A stretch of 41,727 nucleotides of DNA. Source: Nemertoderma westbladi (lineage: Eukaryota > Animalia > Xenacoelomorpha). Both the position numbers and the translations under genes were made by a program. The notes beneath the pieces were generated by a model. It did no database searches. It was not told the origin of the DNA and worked only from the letters and a program-made list of their open reading frames with translations. Position 1 is the stretch's first letter. The number at the start of each line of letters is the position of its first letter. The DNA is taken from NCBI GenBank assembly GCA_032718475.1, contig JAUCBJ010002111.1, positions 1 through 41,727 on the forward strand, read 5' to 3'. Of this stretch, positions 1 to 13,105 are shown in pieces.

Positions 1-479
1 ATGAACTACGTTATAAATTTTTCAGTTATTTTTCAATTAAGAAATTGTAAAAAGTGTTTGATGATTAAAAAAAATAATTGATGGAATCTGTTTCTGATTC
101 ACTTACTTAGTACATGAACTCGTATTATTAATAATTAATATTATGGAATGATATTATATTTGCTTATCTAACTAATAACATATTAAGCATGTAATAATTA
201 TATATTAACTATTTTGTATTAGCTGTGCCATATATGAGCCATCATGTAGTAAAATATTTGGGTAATTTGATATCTCCTATGCATAGCGTGGCATATGGTA
301 CACCAATAAAACGTATTATTACATGAAAAATTGAAAACTGTTAATTTTTTTAATTTTATCTTAGAATTTCGCGAATCACCAATAAGACAAAAAATAATTA
401 AAAAAAAAACTTTTCGCACAGGGTACCAAAAAAAATTTTGTACCATGCTTTTTGCGACTCTATATGTTTGAATGTTTTT

Positions 480-1520
480 TGAAAATTGGTCAAACCGTAC
501 ACAAACATATTACAAAAATGGATCTGAAGAAAATTCCTGAACAATTTGTCGGATTGACACTAATTACCACATTTCGTGGTGCTAAAAAATTTAATTGTAA
601 TATTTTTTGAAAATTTTTCGAAAAATCTAAGTATTTACATGCAAATACACTTTTGTATACAATACAACCACGCTGATTCCAAATCCGTTGTCTATTTTTT
701 CACTGCAATTCAAGTTTTTCCGCAATTGCGAAATCAATTTTTTCGCATTTTACTACTTGCACTGTTCGTGCTATTGTGGTGCTTCTTAAAAATTCCGAAT
801 TTTGACATAGAATTATACACAATCTTGTTATAAATGGGTTCAGCGTTCAAAATAACCCAATATCACCGATATATACGGCATTGGATATAAGTTAACTGAA
901 ACAAGTAGTTTATTTGAAAATTATATATTTGAAAAGTTCTAGTAGGGGATCTTTTCATTTTCGAGCAATTTTGGGTAACTACAGCGTCTTATAATTGTCA
1001 CCAATGAAATCAGCACATACGAAAACCTCAGTATGGGTGAGGATATTGACGTTGTATCCTATTTCAAAATTTGAAATTTCACACTACTTGCACTTTTGGT
1101 GCTCTTGTGGTACTTTTCAAATTTCCAAATTTCAACACGAAATTTTACCCATAATTGTTTTCAATGCGTTCGGTGTTCAAAATAACCGAATTTTGACGAT
1201 TTATTTCACCATAGAGTGAAGTTACCCCAAAGAAACTGAAATGTGAAATTTCAGTGCTGAAAAGTGCTGACATAGGTGTCACAGCTTCCTTATATCTCGA
1301 AAACTACAGGTCGTGTGAACTTCTAGTTTTTTTCATAATGATCCCTGATAAATTTGAGGAATTTACATGGAATTTGGAGTTCCCTTGATCGATCAAGGGA
1401 TCTTCAAGAGACCAAGAAATCTTGGGATTGGAGTAGCGCCCACCCCTACCCTCGGGTAGCAGCTATCGAAAGAGGAGCCTTCGGGTCGCCTCCGGCTTCG
1501 GCCGACTGTCTGCTTGCTTG
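480..1520 (+). mobile_element. Probable non-autonomous Helentron/HINE-like repeat (5' boundary uncertain)
   Basis: Ends in a GC-rich stem-loop segment (gtcgcctccggcttcggccgac...cttgcttg, ~1486-1520). The terminal ~90 bp recur in inverted orientation at ~4597-4700. No credible coding capacity. Confidence 0.4.
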
Positions 1521-2666
1521 ATCGACCATCTCTGTAGAATCTAAAAAAACAACAGAGGGGGCTGGATTCCACCCCCGTCCCCTTGGGCTTTTCAGGGTTA
1601 AAGATAGAATCGTCTTTTTTGACGACGAAATTTGAACAAAGTCCATTCACATACTCAAAATTTATTTAAACTTTAGCTGCACAGCATAACACCAAAACAG
1701 AACCCAATATCCAAAAAGCAAGCAAAATGTTAAATAAAAATTAAGTATAAAAGTTAAATAAAAATTGGACTTGCCCCTGGGCCCAACCGAAAGGGGCCTC
1801 AAAATTCATTTTTTGAGTTGTTATAATTTGCATTTTTCGTTATTATAAACATAACAATCTATAATTTCAAATGTAATTCGGGAATATTTTCAATATTACT
1901 TTTGATAATAACTTATTCTTCTATATATAAAAATCTGTTACCAAACTAATAAATATCCCCCTAAAACAGACATCGGAGATATTAATTAATTATCGTGATA
2001 AAAATGACGGAATTTATTTACTGCTACTTACTGCCTTACTAAAACGAGCCCTAAATGGAGAGATAAAAGGGCGCCCCATCGTATAAAAGGCACCTGCGTT
2101 GAATAGAGGGCAACAACTTTTATTATTTATCATTATAGAAAATAATAATTAATTAAATATAATTAATATAAAAAAGCCTAAAACTTTGTCTACCCCCGGG
2201 TGCTGAGAAACCACGCATCGCCTCTGATTGTATATTGAGTTCCGTTTTGGAGTTCGCCTTGCAGACACTAAAGTTGCAATAACTCAGGAGTGTGAGAATG
2301 GATTTTGCTCAAATTACGTGCAGACCTTTTCTACGTCGAAGCTCTTTCAACACATGTAATAAAATTTAAGAAATTCCACCAAAAATAATTTATTTTACTC
2401 TCTTCGCCGGAAAAAAGGTAAAATCAATGCAATCCTATGGGTTATTTTTTCCCCTAGGGAATAAAAGTGAAACTCTTTCTACTGATTTTGGGGCATATTC
2501 GAGCGAAAAGGTAAGAATTTAAGAATAAAAACTATTATGTTTCAGAGAGAAAATAATTCATCATTATATCACTCAAAAGTATAATATAGTTGTAAATTGT
2601 TTAACATTTTAAGAATAAATAAGAAGTAAACATATGATCGAAAAGAATTATATTAAATCAATAGAA

Positions 2667-3000
2667 AATAATAATAATACTAATAAACTATTATTTATAT
2701 AGCGCCCAACTCTATAAATAGATTCTAAGGCGCTCATGACCCATTTAGATATTAAACGCTCTATTGTAGAGTTCTGTTTTTAAACCGACTTTAAAGTGTT
2801 TTATTTGAGTAGCAGTTCTTAGGTTAAGTGGGAGGCTATTAAAAACCACTGGCGGGGCGTAACTGAAAGATCTGGCCGCAAAGCTTGATAGTTTGAAGGC
2901 AAGTTGAAGGCGGTTAAGGAAAGTCTGTGGGAGACCATTCAACAGACAATTATTCATGTCAAGTCTTGAAACAACAAGCGCATTGACCAGTAATTGGTTG
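2667..3000 (-). mobile_element. 3' fragment of an L2/CR1-group LINE, internally deleted
   Basis: Translation LVNALVVSRLDMNNCLLNGLP...RSFSYAPPVVFNSLPLNLR..FKVGLKTELY matches the typical C-terminus of L2/CR1 ORF2. It is followed by the characteristic 3' end GAGCGCCTTAGA...GGCGCTATATAAATA and a (TAT)n tail. Confidence 0.8.
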
Positions 3001-3249
3001 TTTAGATGAACTACTAGTTTACCGGTATGGTGACATTCTGCATCTTAATTTTACTTCACGCAATGTTGGGCATGGTGATGTTCCAGCAATCTTTTAGTTA
3101 ATTCTCTAGCAAGTGGCCGATAATATCGCTTTCCCTTTACAAATCCAGCGTTCGCAGTGACGGGAACGTATATGACACAACTCCTGTCGGTTTGCTGCAG
3201 TGCAGTTTCATTATATACATATACCGGTACATATACGTATATATTAAGA

Positions 3250-3370
3250 AGCTCTGCCGGGTTGTCGACCAAATAGCGCCGCCACAACTCCATGATATCA
3301 CACATGACTTTCGCTAAATTATCCGCATCTACGTCGATGCCTGCGCCCTCTAAGACCTTTATTATCTCCA
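3250..3370 (-). mobile_element. Short diverged 3' remnant of the RTE-like LINE
   Basis: KVLEGAGIDVDADNLAKVMCDIMELWRR aligns with RILKNTGLEDADDLANVMGDRELRW of the copies at 31357-31599 and 7060-7230. Confidence 0.6.
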
Positions 3371-3589
3371 GGAGGCCAGGCTTCCAAACTCCAAATTCTG
3401 AACTGGCTGGACCTATGGCAAAACCATTGTCATCCAAAGCAAACGGAGCAAACGTTCAAATGTCAAGCTTTGGGGAAGCCTAATAAGCAAGCTAGGTAAA
3501 AATATTCTGGAACAAGATTATTTAACGGAATCAATTTCAAACTACATTCATTTGATATATAATTATTTTAAATATTGTTATTATTATAT

Positions 3590-4258
3590 ACTCCATGACC
3601 CGTAATATAGTGTCATTTTCTGATGACACGGACCCCTCCCCAGATTTTTCAACAAATCTTTATCATATTGCTTGAAATTTGAAACACCACTAGTTCCACT
3701 CACCGTCGATGACCCCATGAAGCCGGAATTTTCGATTTTGCCTTTAAATTTTTTTTATAAGAGTTTTAAAAAAGTGTCTTTTTCGAAATCGCACCCTCCG
3801 TATCGTGGCCATTCTTCACATTAGTCGTAATTTTTTCATATCATTAAAAAGCTTCGAAACATGTAACAATATCTGAATTTCGTTGAGAAACAACTGAGAT
3901 TTCTTGCAATCTTTGAACGCCTATATCTCAGCTGTTTCTCAACGAAATTCAGATATTGTTACATATTTGGAATCCTTGCAACGCAAGCTTTTTAATGATA
4001 TGAAAAAATTACGACTAATGTGAAGAATGGCCACGATATGGAGGGTGCGATTTCATAAAAGACACTTTTTTAAAACGCTTATAAAAAAAATTTAAAGGCA
4101 AAATCGAAAATTCCGGCTTCATGGGGTCATCGACGGTGAGTGGAACTAGTGGTGTTTCAAATTTCAAGCAATATGATAAAGATTTGTAGAAAAATCTGGG
4201 GGGGGGGGGGGGGGTCCGTGTCATCAGAAAATGACACTATATTACGGGACATGTTGCA
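3590..4258. mobile_element. Foldback/MITE, ~660-bp near-perfect palindrome
   Basis: 3598-3900 is the reverse complement of ~3925-4248 (cccgtaatatagtgtcattttctgatgacacggacccc ... ggggtccgtgtcatcagaaaatgacactatattacggg), with a ~25-nt loop and one ~18-nt indel. Flanks are TA-rich. Confidence 0.85.
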
Positions 4259-4579
4259 TTATATTATTATTTTCTCTCTCTGAAAAATCGTTGGTTTTTA
4301 ATATTTTAAATAAACTATCTAAGTAAAAACCGCTAGCTACCTTTCAAAAACAACTCAGGCTAGAAATTTTTTGAAGATCCTCTAAACATATGCGAAAAAA
4401 ATGTAACTAAAGGCATAAAAAAGCTTTAAGCTTAAGCTTTAACTTAACATTAATTCAATATTAATTAACAACTTTATACTGTATAAATTATGGTACCCCA
4501 AAGATTTAATTATTATTTGCTGGTGTGTGTTTATGTTATTTTGTTTGTTTGTTATGTATTAAGTATCATTAATTGGTTA

Positions 4580-4700
4580 AATAACAAAAGCAAAAAGTCG
4601 GCTGAGGCCGGAGGCGACCCGAAGCCCCCCTTTCCGAAGCTCCTCTTTCGATAGCTGCTACCTGAGGGTAGGGGTGGGCGCAACTCATATCCCAAAATTT
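4580..4700 (-). repeat. Second copy of the terminal segment of the element ending at ~1520
   Basis: gccggaggcgacccgaag...ctcctctttcgatagctgctacc(t)gagggtaggggtgggcgc is the reverse complement of ~1435-1506. Confidence 0.75.
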
Positions 4701-5987
4701 TGGTTTTGATTTTGGTTAAATGGACATCAATTGTAATTACGTGAAAAAACTATATATACATACAGTGCAGTGCAACTAATGATTGGCGTCACAAATGATG
4801 TCAATAAACTCACGGTACTACCACTACTACTAAAATAACGTGGGGGGACAAAGTTTCACTATGAATATGATCTCGAATCTTTATTAATCTCACTACGCTA
4901 GATAAATGAGAAATCTTATGTAGGGCCAACACAACATCGAAAATAATGTTCTACATTATTTGCCCTGCAATAAATACTTAATGTCCAAATTTGTAATGTA
5001 CATTCCGAGGAATAGTAAAACAATACAAACACACATTCAAGGCAAAAATAGGGGGTATCCAAAAGATTCATCCGAAACAAAATACATATCTCATGTTTTT
5101 TCCTTAGCAGCATGTCACTTAGCAACAAGATAACTATAACTACCAGTAGTAACGATTTTGTACTGACACACAATAGTCCATACCGCCTTGCAAATAAGAT
5201 AATCTAAGTATTCATCCATCTAAGATGATTAAGATCCTTCTAAGTTTTCCAAAGAGCATTAAGACTAATCGTGTCAGTGGAGTAGATGGTGTTCCCCCTG
5301 AGGTCTTTAAAATACCTGAGTGTTTAAAGCTCATCTATCCCATCATAGTAGACATGTACAGAACAATAAGAGTCCCACAAGAAATGAAAACAAATAAGTT
5401 GGTGCCAGTTCCCAAGAAGGGCAACCTAACACTTTTCGGGGAATCTCATTGATCTCGGTTGCTGCAAAGCTATACAATAGAATTCTATTAAAGCGCACCA
5501 GGGATCCCATTGAGAGACTGCTCCGTGGAAATCAGAATGGGTTCCGTAAAGGTCGTGGGACCATGGAGCCCATTTTGGCACTTAGAAGGATAATTGGAAG
5601 AGTTATCAAAAAAGAAAGACAGGCATCTGGCTGTTATCTTTGTTGACTTCTTCAAGGCCTTTGATTCAGTCTCTCGCTCACGTATGTTCAGCATACTTTC
5701 ATTATATGGGATTCCTGATGAAATTATTGCAGCAATCAGATCAGTATACAATGGTTCGACAACATGTGTCTACTGTTGACCGTGACACAGAACCATTTGA
5801 AGTGTTATGGGGAGTCTTCCAGGGAGACACACTTGCACCATTGTTGTTCATAATTGTGGTTGACTATGTTCTACGCATGTGCTTAGATCATCATAATGAT
5901 GATGGGGTGATGGTAACTCCACCTACTGGCCCAGAAGTCGAGGAAATCCTGCCAAGTACCTAACTTATCTTGACTTTGCTGATGACT

Positions 5988-6293
5988 TAGGAGTACTCTC
6001 AGAATCATTAGAGGGAGCCCAAAGGCTCCTCATCTCATTAGAACAGGCCGCTTCTAGTGTTTGTCTTTTTATTATCTCCAAAAAGACCAAACTTTTGAGA
6101 GTTAATTTAGTGAAATATATCATTCGAAAGATAATTTAATTAGGAGTACTCTCAGAATCATTAGAGGGAGCCCAAAGGCTCCTCATCTCATTAGAACAGG
6201 CCGCTTCTAGTGTTTGTCTTTTTATTATCTCCAAAAAGACCAAACTTTTGAGAGTTAATTTAGTGAAATATATCATTCGAAAGAGAATTTAAT
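5988..6293 (+). repeat. 153-bp direct tandem duplication
   Basis: 5988-6140 and 6141-6293 are nearly identical (taggagtactctcagaatc...cattcgaaaga(t/g)aatttaat). Confidence 0.9.
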
Positions 6294-6868
6294 TATGTGC
6301 TTGCATGCAAAAATTTAGGGTCCAATACAAAGTATAAATTTTTTTTAGGCAATTCTTTAAACCTATCTTACTTTTCAATATTTGTGATTTAATCGCAATT
6401 TAAAAAAAATATAATTTATCCAGCGTTAGTCATCAACTTTGCAGGTTGCAGCTCTGGTTAAACAGTTATTACTGTCTGACTTTTGCTGTATTGCAATATA
6501 TTACAGCATTCAGTTACCGGTATTAGTGCTTCTTTGGTAATTTTACTGAATTAAGCCTAACACTAACAGATTCTGTGATTCTGTGGCATAATCAAACTGA
6601 ACTCAAACCAAAACGGCCCTTTTAAGGGCCAACATCCTTTGCCACTATCGAGGAGCTCCCCGTGCTGCAAAGGGGAAGCATGGCTGTAAAGCTGATGACT
6701 AACGCAGGATAAATTATATTTTTTTAATTGTGATTAAATAAAATAATGAAAAATAAGATTGGTTTAAAGAATAGCCTATAAAATTTTTATACTTTTGTAT
6801 TGGACCCTAAATTTTTACTTGCAAGGGCAAGCTCAGAATTAAATTATCTTTCGAATGATATATTACAC
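6263..6868. mobile_element. MITE with ~180-bp imperfect TIRs and TA target duplication
   Basis: TA|gtgaaatatatcattcgaaaga...atccagcgttagtcatcaacttt on the left; aaagctgatgactaacgcaggat...tctttcgaatgatatattacac|TA on the right. It lies inside the RTE element. Confidence 0.85.
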
Positions 6869-7596
6869 TAAGGTGCATGTCTGGCAGCTTTGGCTGGCCA
6901 GGGGGGGGGGGGGGCATTATGGAACACCCGGTACAATGCACACATCTCCAACCAGACACTATATAACATTGGAGGTGTCTCATTGGTTCCCCCAAGCTTG
7001 ACACTAGAACAAAGCCGCCTCCGCTTTGCAGACATTGCTTTCGCCGTGAGGACCAGCCAGTGCATAATCTTGCGCTTTGGCAGCCTCATAGGGTGAATAA
7101 GCATGGAGGACAGCCCATGACTTTCTTGATACGTATCTTAAAGGACACAGGGCTTGAAAATACGGATGCTCTAGCAAATGTCATAGGGATAGGGAGTTGT
7201 GGAGGCGCTATTTTATCGACAAGTCGGTACAGCATTCTTAAAAATGCAGCTGCAATGCAGCATGCCGATCCTAGTAGTTGTAAGTTTTCCAAATGAAATT
7301 TGAATTTCAGGAAATAATTTCAAAAAATATTGTTCTTCCATGAATTAAGATATTTATTTAGATATTACTTCGAAGAGCTCCCTCCTCTGTAACCTGCTTA
7401 TTTCCTTTAATTGGATATAAGATTGTTTATTGTTTTGGTTAGCCTGCCCCTGTGACCTGCCCTTGTCGCATGAGTCTACTTATTATCATGTTTTTTTATT
7501 GACCAAATCATGAAAATTATTTGTAACTTTCTATTGTATACTCCCATTATTCATAAAATAAGTAAAACAAAGAACATTATTACCAAATTTACTTAC

Positions 7597-7715
7597 ATTT
7601 TAATGGCAACTTTCTCTCGTTGGTCTGGTCTCTTTTCTTTGTCCATAACATGGCCAAGGTAAACTGTACCATAAGTTCCGTCACCCAATACTTTAATCTT
7701 TTCATACTTATGCAT
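7597..7715 (-). CDS. MAK: First coding exon of a MAK/ICK (CILK1, RCK family) Ser/Thr kinase; remaining exons probably beyond the window start
   Basis: Not in the ORF track. Manual translation gives MHKYEKIKVLGDGTYGTVYLGHVMDKEKRPDQREKVAIK, with the Gly-rich loop LGDGTYG typical of MAK/ICK and the VAIK lysine. It is followed by a consensus GTAAGT donor (7596-7591, phase 2). Confidence 0.85.
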
Positions 7716-9329
7716 TGTTGCTCAACTATATATCAATTTAAGTCATTACGATAAACATATTGCACACAAGTTTCACTATAACATATTTCAATTAAAATAT
7801 GTTTACATATATATATTTATTTATCTCTCCATCTGGCGAAGGTTTATAAAGGATTTGAAATCGAACAGCTGATTCTCAACATCACCATTTGAACTTTGAA
7901 AAGCCCATCCATCTGTGCATCAGTTTGAGTTTGCGCAGTATTTGTAATTTATGTAGATGTAGAAGTATTCTGTTGTACAATAATAACGCAAATAGTCTTA
8001 TCAGCTCAGCTTAGCTTATAAATTCCGATTGTCAGATTGTACCTGTGCTAATCGGGGAGTACATTATAATTACCTACTGCTACTACTAACGGAAGGCCTA
8101 CCGAACTATATAATTTAAGTTTACTCGCAAGGTAAATGTTTTACGGAATACTAATATGCTTGTCAGCAGGGTACGTCTGGTCCCTATGCACTCTTGGTCA
8201 ATATCTTACTGAGGTTGAAGAAATACAATACAAGGGGCGAAGAGTTCTTCTGACGTGATGCGCAAAAGTCAAATCAGCCTCACCTTACAACAATTTTTAA
8301 CCACATTAAACATTTAAATGGGCAGTGCCAGAAATTTTAAAAAAAACGGACAAACTGATTAATTATGTCTAATTAGAATTAGGCCTAATCTGAATAAATC
8401 ATTTTATCAGCTTTATTTTATCATTATTTTTTATTTTGAGCCGTGGTGAGCGACGCGGCAAACTTAATACGCTTTTATTACAGTACTGCAGTAGTATGAT
8501 AATAGGTATAGTAGTACCGGAACTCTAAACCAAAAATGTACCGTATATTATTATTAGTAATAAAAAATGCATCCCCAAACCGATACAGGCTGATCCTGAT
8601 CGGTATCGGTCTGTGATATATATATATAAATATAATAGCTCTACAATCCATAGTGACTCTGATGTATGACATGTATACCAGATCAGATACGTAGCCTATA
8701 CAAAACAGTCGACTAGTGTGTAGTGATTGTCAGTACCGGTATGTATCTTACCGTTCCGGTACCTGCCTACTGTGTGTGTAGGATGCTCTGTTATGTACAG
8801 TATGTAGTTGCAGGCCTGCTACTGTAGTGCTATTATCACACCTACGTACAAACTCCTGCTGAATTAACCTGTTTACCGGTTGGTTTTGCCAGGTAGTTAC
8901 AGGTAGTGTGATTAAAAATCCGCTAGTTCTTAAAAATCAATAGGTTATTACCTGATTACAGTATTAACATAAGATACGGTATAATATATACAGATACACT
9001 TGAGTAAAAGTTATTACCGGTAGCAAGTAAAATCATTATGTAGGCCTATATAAAAGGTATCGGTCAGTGCTGTTAGTTGTTGTGGACATTTACCAGATAG
9101 CTGATAGAAGGATAGTACATGCAGACATTACAGGCATTTTAAGTATGGTACCGGTAGTTCGTGTTTAGACGTTTCCTGGCAACCTCACATCCAGCCTTTA
9201 CAGTCATCAGCTGGTCTCCAACAACTACAGTAAGTATCGCCTAGCCAGACGAACTCTACGAGTTCATTTTTCATGAGAAGATAAACTTTGAAATAATTAA
9301 TCTTCGGCTGCTGGAAATATTTTACAATT

Positions 9330-9545
9330 CGCCATACTGAGGATGTTTATTTGGTCTAATGGTATGGGGTAGTACATACAATAATTACATTACATTACTC
9401 GTCCTCTAAAAACTAAATCAAGTAAGTCTTAATGTTTGCCATCAATCAACATCGATGCAAGGTTCCCTTCTCTGGAACGCTTTCTGAATCCATCCGTAGT
9501 GCCACTCTTGAAACTTTTAAACGTCGGTTAAAATATTATTTAGTC
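9330..9545 (+). mobile_element. Degenerate 3' fragment of a CR1/L2-group LINE
   Basis: Remnant peptides LMVWGSTY, QGSLLWNA and TLETFKRRLKYYL are typical of LINE ORF2 C-termini. Confidence 0.6.
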
Positions 9546-10908
9546 CTGTCCTGTCTATGAATTAATTGCCCCAAGCTTTAAAAGTAACCCCAGGGTACAC
9601 CTCACCATTATTTTGTTTATTGTGCTCCTAGACACCTTGTGGTCATTATTGTTTTCATTTCTTTTCCGATCCTATATTTTTTTGAGATCTCAAACAGTAA
9701 TTTAAATTTTTCAATCAGAGCATCACTGTCCTACTTCCTCAACTGCAAGATAGCGCGTCGAACTACACTTAAGCAGCGCTATATAGTCTCGACCGTCCCC
9801 CTACCGCTACCACCCAGCAGAGTCGACTCTGCAAAAAAGGTTATTATTGCAGTACTTGTACTATTGATGAAATTAAATAAGAAAAATATGTATAGTACAG
9901 TAGTTCACCTCAACTCCCAAATAAGTATAGTTCCATTAAGCGGGAAGGTAGGCCGACTTCAACAGCCGTCGATTAAATTGTTCCTCGGGTACTTGCTAAT
10001 CCAATCCTAGTCTTATACTTCATTAATCCTATTACTAGGTAGCAACTCAGCCATTACTGGACAGAACTTCACGGGTCATAGGCCTACAGACGGGTCATAC
10101 TACAGTACGATTGATTGCACTAATACAAGATATTTCCATAAATGTTATTTTCTATAGAATTTATAATGTATGAAAAAAAAGGAAAAATTGGTAGAAGGTA
10201 CTTTGTGATTCCAAAGGCACACACACAAATGGACGCCTTTTTATACTGTAGAACTGAAATACTGTACTGTAGGTAGATCCAAAGCATTGATTTTCGTACA
10301 TCAGGCATTCCAAGCTCCGAGGCTAGACCCTCAATTTTTCCATATAGGTGTTTTTTATCTACAGTATTCAATTAATATTCCAAATCATTTCCACTTTGAT
10401 AGTCAATGAAATTATATCTTAAATTGGAGTTACTGCAACGGGATTTCAAAGTCACACAATTTCCAAAACCAACGGCTAGTATTCTAGAATTAATTGTACA
10501 GTAGAAGTTTTACTTTTGATAATGAATAACTGAGTTCGATATGGTGGGGGGGTTCTGCTGCCTTTAAACATCAGGGGGGGAGGGCAAGGGGTCTGTTTTT
10601 TGCACTTGGAGGAAGTTCTATCTTTTGCTCATGAGCGTGTGGTTCCTTTTGTGAATGGAGGGAGGGGGGGGGGGGGGGGGGGGGGGGAGATTCGTGATCA
10701 GCACAATAATGTAAAGTACCGGTAACTTATTACAGTATTACTTACTCATTTACACAAGGGTGTAAATTTGACTAAATACTGAAATAGTTAGATAGACGGT
10801 ACGTGCAGTTTCTGATTTAGGTTTTTAGGCCTATCTTCTTATTGCCGATTAAATTTGTATTAATATTAATATTCCAAATCCTGAAATCAACCGCCGAATC
10901 GCACCGAT

Positions 10909-11090
10909 ATGTCCGAGTCAACTACGAAGTCGACTGGAATTGCCGCGGCGTGGCGTTTGAATAAATCTCTTTCGATAGCTGAGGATTGTACAGTGGAAGC
11001 AATGGAACCATCGGCAAGAATTCGCAAATTATCCCAAATGGCAATGGACGTGGAAATTAATCCTTTGGTGCCGCCAAAGAGATATTTTAG
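10909..11090 (+). CDS. STAMBP: STAM-binding protein (AMSH) exon 1
   Basis: MEPSARIRKLSQMAMDVEINPLVPPKRYF resembles the AMSH N-terminus. Donor AG|gtttgt, phase 2. Confidence 0.9.
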
Positions 11091-11574
11091 GTTTGTCCTT
11101 CCAGCCTTTACTGTTCACTCCTTCATCCTAAGCGATACTTGCTGGCTTAAGTACCAGTTAAACAGTTAAAAGACCAGGATAAGCTAAAATTATTGATATA
11201 CTACTGTAGGCCTATACAGTTATCTCTGTATCTAGCGTAGCGTTTATCTTGATCTTGTCAGCTTGTGTTTGGAGTGTTATTTTGGTTAGGGTTAGTCAGT
11301 TAGTCGGCAGGCTTGATGCCCCGACCCTAATTAAAGCTGTCATGTCACCCTACTGCTGTACTGCAGTACTGCCCTAAGTCATAGTCTCGGAAAATTTCCG
11401 GAATACGTACTGACGTACGGCAGTACGAGTATCAGGTTATCGGTTCGGTATCATATTTATGAATTAAAGTCTCTTCTTACTCTTAAGTTACTGGTAAGCA
11501 TATACAGATATAGGGCCTAGTCAGATAGAGTACCGGTATAGTCCCAATTATTTTATTTGAATTATTTTCATTAG

Positions 11575-11824
11575 ATCGGGCCGTGAATTACTCCGGATGG
11601 CGAACTATTACGCGGACGAGAGTTCGTTTGAGAACGCATTTCTCCTTTACTCCAAGTTCATCACCCTGTTCGTGGAGAAGTTGCCGACGCACCCTGACTA
11701 CGATACCGTACTGCCGTCGGAGCAACTCGTTCAGAAGAAAACTATCAGTCTGGTATTTGGAATAGCGGAGAGAATAAAAGCAAATCTAACTGAGCAGTTC
11801 CAGAAAGACTTTGAAAAATACAAG
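11575..11824 (+). CDS. STAMBP: STAMBP exon 2 (MIT/USP8-dimer-like domain)
   Basis: ttttcattag| acceptor restores RYFRSGRELLRMA...ENAFLLYSKFITLFVEKLPTHPDY. Donor AAG|gtgagt, phase 0. Confidence 0.95.
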
Positions 11825-13105
11825 GTGAGTTTGTCTTTATTGTCTTGTACAATAATATTCAAGTGGCGTAGTGGATAATACACCGGGTTGTGAATGGAAA
11901 GTTCGTTGGCTCGAATCTCTCATTTCGAATTTTTTGTAATCGATTAGGGTACCAGATTTGTTAATTAATTATTTGTATTCAAATAAATCATCTCATCTCA
12001 TCATATGATATGATTGTTTAGTATGACGCGATGACATCGGTAATAATACAAACCTGTGGCCTACTGTAGAACATTCTGAGAAATATGTCGCTCCGCGGTA
12101 TAAAGTTAGAAAATTCGTCGCAATGCTCGCCATTCGGTAGTGCGAAATTATTCTAAATAAATAAAGAAAAGTTTTTAAACCTTCCACAAACATGAGTTTA
12201 GGTCCAAATTTTCGGATTTGTGAATAATGTATACATTCCACCAAGAAGCGTTTTAATTTAATTTAATCGCATTTGTAATAAATACAATTTGGAGTAATGT
12301 GTATTACTTAAGTATTGAATTGAGGTAGCAAAGTAACCAACGTCGATTCGACCATGGAACCATAAATATATTATTATATTCGGTATATTGTTATCTCTCT
12401 GGTGTAAGTGTGAACTAATGTTGGGTTGAGCCAGCCTTCATATTATATTGTGAAATATCTCGAGAACTAAATTTCGTATCGTCGAACTTCGGAATTGCGG
12501 GTGGATTTAGTTATTATGTTGGGCGAGGCCGGGGAGTTAGTGCAAGTCAGGGGACTTCCAAAGGGCTTTCCTTAAGTCGGATCATTTTTGTTCGGGTTCA
12601 AAAAAAATTTCATATAAATTCAAAATTTATGGGAAATAAATTACAAAACCCATTTCCCCACTCACTATTAACGGGTTGCGGTTCGAGAGTTCCTACAGCC
12701 CTAATAAATGGAAAATATGGTTTTCCTAACCCGGCAAATTAAATCAGCTCTCAGTGCATATAGCTTACCATGACCTACTACTGTACTATAGATAGTAGGT
12801 CATAAGCTTATTTTTTTTATTAGTATGAATATTTGCGAATAAAAACTTTTGCTAACTCACCGTGGTATAATGAAGTGGCGTGGCGGATGATATACGTTTC
12901 CATACCACATCTACGTACCATAACTGATAACTAAACACGAAAGTGAAAGTATATAGCGAACTGTGTAAAATGTGTGTTAAATAAACACAAGATAAACAAT
13001 ATTATATTGTAGTGAATCCATTAACAATAAAATTACACCGTATCGACAATATGTTACCACCTTGTTTGTCTAGCTCTACACGGTTAACAATATTTAGTAT
13101 TCACT

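Larger units (their letters stand above)
5225..7280 (+). mobile_element. Decayed RTE-clade non-LTR retrotransposon (reverse transcriptase pseudogene), interrupted by a tandem duplication and a MITE
   Basis: Collinear RT motifs across frameshifts: SGVDGVPPEVFK, PVPKKGNL, AAKLYNRILL, NQNGFRKGRGT, FVDFFKAFDSV, GVFQGDTLAPLLFIIVVDYVLR, LDFADD (~5969-5986). After the MITE comes the C-terminus HISNQTLY..SRLRFA..LWQPH..ILKDTGL and the 3' tail gcaatgcagcatgccgat..tagtag. Confidence 0.9.

Noticed and set aside
1560-1601. cttttcagggTTAA resembling a piggyBac terminus
   Set aside because: No matching TTAAccc left end found.
3030-3075. Minus-strand peptide TLREVKL resembling the MAK/ICK alphaC motif LREVKSL
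   Set aside because: No preceding MKRKF..W, stops nearby and no convincing splice sites; judged coincidental.
1435-4700. Inverted copies at ~1435-1506 and ~4597-4700 read as TIRs of one 3.2-kb element
   Set aside because: No TSD, and the hairpin ends face inward, which fits two independent insertions of one family in opposite orientation.
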